Shown piece by piece: positions 52,896 to 64,000 of a stretch of 64,000 bases of DNA. Both the position numbers and the translations under genes were made by a program. Source of the stretch: Camelus ferus (Eukaryota); assembly GCF_009834535.1 (NCBI RefSeq), contig NC_045696.1:97838001-97902000 (forward strand), written 5' to 3'. Within the stretch, counting starts at the first letter, position 1. Every line of letters starts with the position of its first letter. The notes under the pieces were generated by a model. The model was not told where the DNA came from, searched no databases, and saw only the letters and a list, made by a program, of their open reading frames with translations.

Positions 52896-54052
52896 GTGAG
52901 TCTGTGCAGAATCTTTATGACTAATGCACTCAATCCCTGAGTGACAACTAGCCTCAGAAAGAGCAAAACTTCAGAACCTGCAGCATGATTTCCACATAAA
53001 CTGTGGACATGGAGGAGCAATCATCAGTAAAATACAGCAGCTGATTACTTTTCCAAACATAAGTTACCAGTATATAATCGTCATCATTAAAAGCCATGCT
53101 GACTTCAAATGATGATTTTTTTTCTTTAAAGAGGTAAGGGGAATTGTGTATTTATGTGAATATGTTTAAATAGACAAGGAAGCTATTAGCCTCAGCTCTT
53201 AGCTAAAGGTACATTCCCTTAGAACTAAAATCCAGACTGCTAATGAGACAGACTGGGTTTGTTTTAGAACCTTCTGCAGGCTGCTGTCAGGCAGAGCCCA
53301 GAGACCTGTTCTTGCTCAGGCACTTGGGTGGAATAGAGAGTGGGTGGATTCAGACTGTCCTTGCTCTGCACCTGTTAGCTGTGTGACCTTTGAAAGTACT
53401 CAACCTTCTGCGCCTGTCCCCTTTCTGTAAAAGGGGAACAATGATAATAATAAAAATACCTACCTCATAAAGTTATTGTAAGGATTAAATGGGTTAATAC
53501 ACATGAACACTCAGAAGAGCACATAGAACACTCTTAATAAATACAATTTTATATAGTATGTAAAATACTTATAGATGATATATCTGTGGTTTTATTCTAT
53601 ATTTAGTAATAATATTAATTTTGGTGATGGAAAATCCACACGAGTGTTACTTTTCACATCCCAGACAATTTGACTTACCCTATTTGGGTGGTCAAAGTTT
53701 ATAGCAACGCCTTGACTCTTGGGACGAATAACACACACCTAGCCAACAGAAAACTAGGAGATTATAGATACTCTGGGTCATTTTTTATAGATGTATAAAG
53801 CTTGTGAACTGACTTGGATAAAAATGATAACACATTTCATTAACCTGAAGTTGAATCCAAAAGCCCTTCTCACCTCCTTCCAGCCTCCCCATGTCAAATT
53901 GATAATGGGCTTTTTAAAAACCAAGCTTTCCACTTGCCGCAACAAGCATGTTGCTTCCAGTGGTTCTTGCCAGAGGACAAGCCAAAGAAAACAATTGGCT
54001 TACGTGTTCTGTTATCTACCAGAGTGGATAGTAATTCTTCCTTCATCCCTAG

Positions 54053-54193
54053 GTCCTGTCATTTGGGCAGAGGTGGAAGACACCATCAGAGTCACCTTCC
54101 ATAACAAAGGAGCCCATCCCCTCAGTATTGAGCCGATTGGTGTGAGAGTCAGCAAGAGCAACGAGGGCACACATTACAGCTCCTCCAGTGGAA
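54053..54193 (+). CDS. CP: Ceruloplasmin exon 8
   Basis: [47 protein letters not shown]; ag/gtgagt; 141 nt, phase compatible with exon 9. Confidence 0.96.
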
Positions 54194-54799
54194 GTGAGTA
54201 CAGCACTGCAACCAAACGATCACGTGTAATAACCCACTGCGCTGGTCACCCCAGGAAAACAGTCCTGCGGAAACCGAAGGCAGGAACTCCCGAGGAAACT
54301 GCTCGTGTCTTATTCTCAGGCATCATGCCAGGAAGCACATAAAACTCTTCTCCTACCATTGCCAATTGGCTTATGGAATTTTGTCTTGCCTTAATTGGAT
54401 GACTATTGACAATGCTGGCAGTAACTTACTTGGATTGTATCAGTGATTCATTCCTGGACTTCTATTTGGGTGACTGTTCCTTCTTGCAATTATAAGATTA
54501 GATGCACATTTTAGAATATTTGAAAAATATTAAAAGGTAGAGCCAAAAATATTATCCATAGTTCCATAAACAACCACTATTTTATTTCTATATAATTCCT
54601 CCAATCTTTCATCTGTGTACATAGTAATATATATTTTACATGTGTTTGAGATCATAATATATAAATATAGTTACTACAGTTTTGTACCCAGTTTGGTTTC
54701 TTTGCATCATAAACATTTTATAAATGTAATTTTAATGATACAAAATATTCCATTATATAGAAGTATTTAGATATTTATGTATGTCAAAGCTGACCAATA

Positions 54800-55017
54800 A
54801 AGACCCTCTTCTGGGTCTCAGACTTCTAGTATCCTCACATGGAGGAAGGGGCTGGGAGTTCTGTGGGGTCATTTTGTCAGGGCACTAATCCCATTCAGAA
54901 GGGCTCCACTCTCATGACCTAATCACCTCCCAAAGTTTCCACCTCCAACACCATCATATTGGGCATTAGGATTCCAATATGTGAATTTGGAGGAAACATA
55001 ACATTCAGATTGTAGCA
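54800..55017 (-). mobile_element. MaLR LTR fragment (MLT1A-like)
   Basis: Similar to 36150-36500. Confidence 0.72.
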
Positions 55018-55225
55018 GGCACCCATCTCAGACAGTGGTTTAGAGGAGACTTCCTGGAGGAAATCGTACCCATATGTAACCTGGTATTGGAGCACAAGTA
55101 GGATTCCATTCTAACTCATAGTAAGGAACGCAGAAGAGGGTTATCCTAGACTAAATCCTACTTCGTGGCTCAAATGACCACATTAGAAAGCATACTTCAC
55201 CTCTCCAATGTGACCTTTCCTACAG

Positions 55226-55440
55226 GTGTGCCTTCTTCTTCAGCGTCCTATGTGGCACCCAAAGAAACATTCATCTATGAATGGACTGTCCCCGAAGAAG
55301 TGGGACCCACTTACAAAGATCCTGTCTGTCTAGCTAAGATGTACTATTCTGCTGTGGATCCCACCAAAGATATATTTACTGGGCTGATCGGGCCAATGAA
55401 AATATGCAGGAAAGGAAGTTTACTTCCAAATGGGAAACAG
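55226..55440 (+). CDS. CP: Ceruloplasmin exon 9
   Basis: [71 protein letters not shown]; ag/gtaagt; 215 nt. Confidence 0.97.
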
Positions 55441-55967
55441 GTAAGTCCAATCAGGAAAATTAAAATAATTTTCCAATCCCTTTGAATATCATTATTATAA
55501 GGTAAATTCTAGATTTTGAGGCAGTAAGAGTTCCTTACATAATGTTTACTATAATTTTTTCTTAAACTTATATCTGTATCATGCAGAGATTCTCTGGATA
55601 ACATGATTATTCCAAGATGAGTTGGAAACAAGATTTTCCTTGAAATCCAAAGTCTCTCATGATACTATTAGACTTCAACACACACATTTTAAAAAACCAT
55701 CTATTAATGATGTAATTCAACATTCACTGAGGAAAAAAATATTGCTTAAAATATTTTTTAGAAATAAGAAAATGACCCTATGATCTAGAAATAGAAGTAT
55801 CTACCCTATCATTGTTTTTATCTCTAAAATAAATATTTTAATGTGAATTTCAAAAGAAAAGGATTCCTTTAAAAATGCATTCAATACAATCATCACACCT
55901 TAAAAGCATCATCTTAATTCCTTAATATCATCAAATGTCCAATCAATGTTCACATTCCCCAATTGTC

Positions 55968-57722
55968 TTTTTTTATTCAAGTATAGTTGATGTACAATGT
56001 TGTGTTAGTTTCATGTGTACAGCAAAGTGATTCAGTTATCTATCTATCTATCTATCTGTCCATATATATGTATTTCCATTAGAGGTTCTATTATAGGTTA
56101 TTACAAAATATTGAATATAGTTCTCTGTGCTATGCAGTAGGTCCCTGTTGTTTATCAATTTTATATATAGTAGTGTGTATACGTTAATCCCAAGCTCCTA
56201 ATTTATCCCTTCCCTGCCCTTTCCTCTTTCATAACCGTAAGTTTGTTTCCTATGTCTGTGAGTCTGTTTCTGTTTTGTAAGTAAGTTCATTTGTATCATT
56301 TTTTTAGATGCCACATGTAAGTGATATCATATGATACTTGTCCTTTATCTGTCTGACTTACTTTCCTTAATATAATAATCTCTAGGTCCATCCATGTTGC
56401 TTCAAATGGCACTATTTCATTCTTTTTTATGGCTGAGTAGTATTCCATTGTCTATATATACCACAACTGCTTTATCCATTTATCTGTCAATGGGCATTTA
56501 GGTTGCTTCAATGTCAATCGTAAATAGTGCTGGTATGAATATTGGGGTGCATTTATCTTTTCAAATCAGAGTTTTCTCCAGATATATGCCCAGGAGAGGG
56601 ATTGCTGGATCATATGGTGACTCTATTTTTAGTTTTTTAAGGAATTTCCACATTGTTTTCCATTTTATATTCCCACCAACAGTGTAAGAGTGTTCCCTTT
56701 TCTCCACACCCTCTCCAGAATTTGTTGTTTGTGGACTTTTTAATGATGGCCATTCTGACTGGTGTGAGGTGATACTCCACGGTAGTTCTGATTTGCATTT
56801 CTCTAATAATTAGCCATATTGAGCATCTTTTCACCTGTCCATCTGTATGTCTTCATTGGAGAAATATCTGTTTAGGTCTTCTGCCCATTTTTGGATTAGG
56901 TTATTTGGTTTTTTTTGTTGTTGTTGTTGGGTTGTATGAGTTGTATATTTTGTATATTCTAGAAGTTAAGTCCTTGTTGGTCTCATTGTTTGCAAATAGT
57001 TTCACCTAGTCAGTAGGTTGTCTTTATGTTTTGTTTTTGGTTTCCTTTGCTGTGCAAAAGCTTGTAAGTTTAATTAGGTCCCATTTGTTCATTTTTGCTT
57101 TTATTTCCATTGTCTTGGTAGACTGACCTAGGAAAACATTCCTACAGTTTATGTCAGAGAATACTTTGCCTATGTTCTCTTCTAGGAGATTTGTGATGTC
57201 CTTTCTTATGTTTAAGTCTTTAAGCCATTTTTAGCTTATTTTTGTGTATGGTGTGAGGGAGTGCTCTAACTTCACTGATTTACATGCAGCTGTCCAGCTT
57301 TCCCAACACCATTTGCCGAAGAAACTGTGTTTTCTCTATTGTATATTCTTGACATTCTTGTCGAAGATTAATAGACTGTAGGTGTGTAGGTTTATTTCTG
57401 GGCACTCTATTTTGTTCCATTGATCCATATGTATGTTTTTGTGCCAGTATCACACTGTTTGAATTGCTGCAGCTTTGTAGTATTGTCTGAAGTCTGGGAG
57501 GGGTATGCCTCCAGCTTCCTTCTTTTTCTGCAGTATTGCTTTGGCAATTCTAGGTCTTTTGTGATTCCATATAAATTTTAGGATTATCTATTTTAGTTCT
57601 GTGAATAAATGTCCTGGATAATTTGATAGGGATTGCATTAAATCTGTAGATTGCTTTGGGTAGTATGACCATTTTAACAATATTAATCCTTCCAATTCAA
57701 GAGCATAGGATATTTTTCCATT
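55968..57722 (-). mobile_element. 5'-truncated L1 (~1.75 kb) in CP intron 9
   Basis: ORF 56637-56834 [34 protein letters not shown] is L1 ORF2; same 3' UTR as the other copies. Confidence 0.92.
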
Positions 57723-60700
57723 TCCAATTAAGTCCAATTCTTGATTTTCTATTCTATTCCATTGGTTTGTAACTATTCATGCAGCAATACTATACTATTA
57801 TAATTATAGAGCCTTTATAATGTGTTTAAATGACTTGTAGCCATACCTCAATGCACTTATTTTTCATCATTTTAATGGCCATTTTCATTTACTTATTCTT
57901 TCTAATGAACCTTGTGAAAACTTACCTGGCTCCAGAAAAAAAATCTTGATAGTGTTTTATTGAGATTGTCTCAAATATACAAATTAACTTAGGAAAAACA
58001 TGACATTATTATAAAGTTGAGTGACACTACACAAGAACATATGTTTTTCCAGGCTAATTAAGTAGAGAGACTCCTGACCCGAGAAAATATAAGCAAACTC
58101 TGTGTCTTAGAAACAAATTGGCAACTGGTCATAGGCTCTCTAAAACAAAGCAAGGTCTTAATAAAGCAGGAGAGAAACAGATCAAATCCTTAAAAAAAAA
58201 ATGTCTTTCCACTTGTTCAGGAGTATTTTATAGTTCCTTTTATAGGTTTTTGATTTTTTTTGTTGTTAAGTTTATGCCTAGGTATTTTATTTTTATTTAA
58301 CTATTGTAAATGGTAATGCCATCATTTAAAACCTGTAAATACGTAACTGAAAAAAAATGATTTTCTACCTTTGGATTCCATTCTTTGATTTTTGTGCTTA
58401 CCTGGGAAAGGAATAAGAGGAGACTAAGGTTTATTGAATTTTTAGGCATTTCATACATTTTACTTCATTTAACCTTCACAGCAACCCAAGGGGCTAAGCA
58501 TTGTTAGCTCTGTTTTTACAGAAGAGGAACTGATACCCAGCGAGTTGAGATTTAAAATGTGAGTTTTATCTTCCACATATTTTATTACCTTCATTTTGCA
58601 AATGAAGGAGTCACAACACAGGAAGGTCTATGGGATGCATTAAAAGTCCTCATCTTGGAAAAACAAAAGTCCTCATCCTGGCTTTTTCACTTACTAGCCA
58701 TGCGGCTTCAGATTGGCTAGAATAGTCTGATTAGTGTCTGATCTTAATGAAAATATCTATTAATTTACCACTAAGTATGACATTGGTTATTAGTTCTTAT
58801 TTTTAATTCTATTTCTGGTTTACAGAGACTGTTTTTCGGTTTAAAATCACTGAGCTGCTCCAGAAAAAATACTGTGCTAGGCATAGAATTCATTGGTAAG
58901 ACCTACTCTAATAGAATTTCTATTCTAGGGTGTGGTGTAGCAGAGAGGAAAGGGTAATGGGAGTGACGGTGTAGAAAGGAGAGGAGAAAAGCAAACACAA
59001 AAAATAAAAATAGATAACCTTAGAAAGTGACAAGTGCTTTACAAAAACAAAATAGGGTAATGTGGATAGTGAACTAAAATTATAGTTTAGGTAAGGTGGA
59101 AGTATTATTTGAGGTGAGATCTAGCTATTAAAGAGATATCCTTGCAAAGATCTGAGGGAAAAGCAAAAGGAACAGCTAGTGCCAGAATGCCAAATTTTCT
59201 AAAAAGTCATTTTTAGATTTCCTTGAAATTATTACATATCTTTTCTCCTTCAACCGATAAGTGTGACCAACTACATTAAGCATTCCCTAGGGTTGAACCA
59301 TCCTTGGGTTTCTAGGGGAGAAACATTACTTTGAGCATGGTGGGGTTTTTTTGATATCTTTCTGTGTTGAATTTGATGTTTTACTTAGAATTTTTCATCT
59401 AAGCTGTGATTAATTTAGATTCTGTGTGCTTTTTCGGGTATTATATCATAGTTGTACTATCTTCATTAAATAAATTGGAAAGCTTTCCATGGTTTTAATA
59501 CTTTGAAACAGTTTAAATGGATAGGAACCATCTGCTCCTTAGAGATTTAAAAGAACTTGCCTATAAACTACTCTGAGCTTGTGAACTTTTAAAAAGAAGT
59601 AGTTTTGTTGTTTATGTTTTAATCACTCTCTTTATTTCACCCATGAATTGGTCTATTCAGTTGCCTCCTAAGTCAACTGACCACAATTATTGTCCATAAT
59701 GGTCTTAATTTTTTCCTCCCCCACTTATGCAGTTGTAGTCCTTTCTCATTCCTAACTCAGGGTCTCAATTTTTTTTTATTAGATTTGCCAGAGTTTTGCA
59801 TATTTCATTGGTCTTTTCAAAGAATACATTTTTAGGTTTAGCTTTTCAGTGTTCTAATTTATTTATTTCTGCTTTTGTCTTTATTAACTCCCTCTTTCTT
59901 CATTTTAGTTTTCTAAAATTTTCAGATATTTACATCTCTTTTTATTCAGCTTTGCTTAAACTAAACAGTTCAGAGTCTGAATTTTTATGTTTAATTTGTT
60001 TAATTTATGTTGTACATGACATGTAGTATTCTCCTGAACATTATTTACTCAATGCTTAGAAATTCATTTTTATTTCTTCTTTGATATAAGAGTTATTTGG
60101 ACCAAATATGATCTTTTTATTTGTTTAACTTTTTATTAGTAATTTTTAGTTTTATTGCATGATAATCAGGAAATGTGACCTGTAATCTTTTCATTGACCA
60201 TTTCTATAGGTCAGTATATAAGTGATGGTAGCAGTTCCCTGCTGGAATCCTTAAACATCTGAAAATGTGACTTTGTTGTGCTTTGCCTGGTATAAAATTT
60301 TTCTATCATAATCTTTTCCCCTCAGAAATGTAATTGGCACTTAATTCTATCTTCCTCTGACACTTACTGTACCAGAGGAGTCCAATGTTCATGATAACTT
60401 TTAAAAAGGATTATTGTAGAAATTTGTCTATCTCTGAAATCCAAAATTTTTCCCAGAACATTTTTAGGTATAGGTCTATATTACTAATTTTGCCTCATTT
60501 TCAGTGAAGCTTTTGATTCTGAATAGTCTTTTCCCTTTATGGCAGTGAACACTTCCACTATCATCATTATGTCTCCCCCTTTTATAACTTCTCTCTAAAA
60601 TTATTACTATGTGTATATTTTTCATCTTTGAATCTTTTCTTCTGACTTATGGGAGCTTTCTTAAGACCATCTCCATCGCTGATTCAGTTTTCTGCAGGAT

Positions 60701-60900
60701 CTAACCTTCAGGTTTCTGCTTTGGTTGGATTTTTAAAATTTGATTAATCATGCTTTTCATCTGAAAAAAATGATCTCAGGAAAAAGACATGCAGTAATCA
60801 TTCAAGTTTTCTTTTCTTTGAGGGAGCAATTTGCTCTCAGGGACTCATATGCTTTGATTTCTTAGACCAACTGCCTTCTTGTGAACTACTCAATTATTCC
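57723..60900 (-). mobile_element. Patchy ancient L1 remnants with interspersed MIR/L2 pieces
   Basis: T-rich degenerate antisense-L1-like tracts; boundaries uncertain. Confidence 0.5.
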
Positions 60901-61384
60901 ATAGACCAGATAGCATTTCTGCTTCCTTATTTTTCACCTGGGATGGGGGAGAGGAAGTGAGAATGTCCAGATGTCTGGGGAGTGTGTGAATTCTTGTTCC
61001 AACTTACTTGCAGGCTATTTCTTCATTTAAGATGTGTCTGTTTCTTCCTGTTCTCCCTTATACGAGTTCTCAGCTGTTATAACTGTGGATGGCACCTTCC
61101 TGATTTCTATCACAAGCACATATATCCCCACCCCCCAATTTTAACAAATTTTTTTTTGGTGAGTTCAAGTTGTATGGGCAGAGCTGGCAGAGAGGTAGGG
61201 AGAGGAGAATCAGAACTTTTATATGCAGAGAGAGGCTTCAATTATCCTGTTGAACCAGAAATGCACTACATAGATATCAATCAAAATTCTGGTGGTGGAT
61301 AGGAGTGTGTTGTGAGCTTCATTTACAAAGAGGAATGGGAACTTCAGCTCTTATCCTTCCTTTAGCATGTTGGTGCATAACTAG

Positions 61385-61666
<282 letters not shown>

Positions 61667-61824
61667 TAATTAAACCAAAATACTAATAGCTTTGCTGATT
61701 GGTTAATTTTCAATAAATGATTAAATATAACAGTGGTCTGAGGGTAATATTGTTGACTGCTTAATGCATCAGTCAATTAAATCCTAACTTCACTTAATTC
61801 AAAATAAAAAATACAGTTAGATAC

Positions 61825-62013
61825 ATGGTCTTTAAAATGTGGTCCCTGGATCAGCACACCCAGCATCACCAGGGACTTGTTAGAAATGCATGTTCTTGGG
61901 CCCCCAGCTCTGACCTACTGAATCAGAAACTTTGGGTGTGGGGCTAGAAATCTTTGTGCAGCAAATCCTCCAGATTATTCTGATTTATGTTTAAATTTTG
62001 AGAGCTACTGGTT
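61825..62013. mobile_element. hAT-Charlie MITE (MER5A-like)
   Basis: gtggtccctggatcagc...cttgttagaaatgca...acctactgaatcagaaact. Confidence 0.75.
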
Positions 62014-62362
62014 TAGATGCTTTTTTCATCTGCGGCTTAATAATGACAGGCTCCTTTTATGGCCTCTGCTCTCAATGAACTTCAATGAGCCTCTCCCTTG
62101 ACTACATATAAGAACCCCCTGGGAGTTTTTAAAAACTATTTAAACTGTTTTTTAAGTGTTCAGGACAACCTCTGGAGATTTTTATATTTAATTCAAACTT
62201 AGCATTGGATTTGCTTTTGAGCTCCCAGTGTAATTCTAAAATGCAGTTAGAATTCAGAGACAGTGAGCTAATTGTTCAAAATGCTTACACCACTAATGAA
62301 CAGCATGGGAAGATCTTTGTGGCCAGAAGGGGAAAAAAAGTAAAGTTGTACTACAAACTGAT

Positions 62363-62475
62363 TTGGGGGGAGCAGCGGTAATTAGGTTTGTTTTATTATT
62401 TATTTATTTTAATGGAGGGAACCCAGGACCTCGTGCATGCTAAGCGCACACTCTACCACTGAGCTATATCCTCCC
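62363..62475 (-). mobile_element. Vic-1-like SINE with internal deletion
   Basis: TSD ctacaaactgat on both sides. Confidence 0.83.
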
Positions 62476-63023
62476 CTACAAACTGATGTTTTTTAATTGG
62501 ATCCATACTGGTCACATTACCCACAATTTTTTAAATATTCCTTTTGATTTTACATTTTTGCATTTTGGAGGAGTCATGAATATCATCTATTAGAAATAGC
62601 AGTGAGAGAAAGAAAGCTTCCTACATATACTCTGCTTTGTGATTCAAGATGAATCAGAGAATTTTCCATCTAGGGCAATGAACACATTCCCAGTCTGCAG
62701 TGCCCAGGAAGAGCTGTTATTATTCATCCATTTGGATGCTCACAAATAGGACCTTTGAGAGAACTGAGAAGTGGCTTGTTGTGCAGGGCACAGAACAAGG
62801 AGCCTGCATACAGCTCCATGCCCTTTAGCCAGGGCCAGCTCTGGAAGGGCTGGGGACAGCAAGGAGTTGCAGAGACACTCTTGATACATAAAGGGGTGGG
62901 CAGGCCTGAATGGATCTTTTAAAAATTAAATAAATCTAGCTGGCTCTGGAGAGTAGGGGAGGCCGTCATGAAGTAGAACGTAAGATAAACCACTTTAAAA
63001 ATATAATTTCCCAACTTTTACAG

Positions 63024-63236
63024 CCATGAATGGATTCATGTACGGGAATCAGCCTGGTCTCAATATGTGCCAAGGAGATTCAGTCGTGTGGTATTTATTC
63101 AGTGCTGGAAATGAGGCCGATGTACACGGGATCTACTTTTCAGGAAACACTTACCTGTCAAGAGACGGGAGGAGAGACACAGCCAACCTCTTCCCTCAAA
63201 CGAGCCTTACACTCCTCATGCAGCCTGACACTGAAG
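63024..63236 (+). CDS. CP: Ceruloplasmin exon 11 (gene continues beyond the window)
   Basis: [44 protein letters not shown]...[12 protein letters not shown]; 213 nt. Confidence 0.98.
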
Positions 63237-63887
63237 GTGTATTCCTTTAAAATCAAGACACTTCTCTGTTGGATCGATTTGTGTGGTTTTGGCTTAAAAT
63301 TCTGTGTTGGATGATAAGATCATCCTTCCCCAAGCCTCTCAGTATCCTTCCTTCCTTGCTGTCAGCTATGTACATGCTGGACGCGTCCAGTTCCTGTCTG
63401 TTGGGAGGAGGGGACGGAGTGACAAGAGTGGACTGACGTTTTTCCCATTTCCACATAGCAGGACCCTCAAAACGGTCTCCTTTTAAATTAGGATCCTTTA
63501 CACACAGCTGGCAAATCAGATTAGAAAGGGAACGATTCCCGTAAAGGCTCTGCGTCTGAACTTTTTGTCATGTCTCTGCAGCCTAGATGTAGTGTGGACT
63601 TATTGGTTGCTTACTATTGAATATTCTGTACTAGAACTATAGCCAGGCCAGTTCAGAGACCCCTGCAGGACTGGTTCTGAATGAGTAAAACAAATTAAAA
63701 CCAAAAAGGATTTTAACCAAAACATGAAAATATGCTAACTTTCTTCAGGCTTTATTTGGTTCATTATGTGTCACTGAAACGCAAGACAGGTCCAGTGTCC
63801 CTTTTTCCCTTATTCATTAGACAAATGTAAATACAGAAAAGTGAACAAAAGAGATGAAGTGTCTGCTTTTGTGGAGGTGAAATTCTA

Positions 63888-64000
63888 TTTTTTTTTTAAT
63901 ATTTGGGAGGAGGTATCAGATTTGTTTGTTTATATATTTATTTTAATGGAGCGACTGGAGAATGAACCCAGGACCTTGTGCATGCTAAGCTACACGCTGT
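63888..64000 (-). mobile_element. Vic-1-like SINE (cut by window end)
   Basis: Matches the other copies in the window. Confidence 0.8.

Noticed and set aside
54068..54082. AEVED instead of AEVGD in CP exon 8
   Set aside because: Single substitution; Glu occurs at this position in related A domains (factor VIII A3, recalled), so it is probably tolerated.
53791..54342. 183-aa ORF, the longest in the track
   Set aside because: Only 54053-54193 is CP exon 8; the rest is chance intronic read-through.

Overview
Mammalian genomic DNA, almost certainly camelid: it carries several copies of a tRNA-derived SINE matching the Tylopoda Vic-1 family, plus artiodactyl-type L1 3' ends. Three things dominate. 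(1) About 1.7-20.1 kb, + strand: the 3' half (exons equivalent to CP 10-18) of an unprocessed, disabled ceruloplasmin paralog, most likely CPHL1/CPHL1P. It has stops, frameshifts and broken splice sites. It keeps all 12 visible copper ligands but has several iron-site residues changed. (2) About 23.8-34.1 kb: the CP upstream region. It holds a HIF-type element flanked by a ~188-bp inverted repeat, a degraded minus-strand class III-like provirus (tRNA-Arg PBS, truncated env) whose 5' LTR carries a nested sense solo LTR, and two short tandem duplications. (3) From 34,156 to the window end, + strand: coding exons 1-11 of an intact ceruloplasmin (CP) gene, all GT-AG and in frame. The Ca2+-site Asp-Asp is replaced by Gly-Asn. 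Comparisons with human CP and repeat consensi are from memory and need confirming by alignment.
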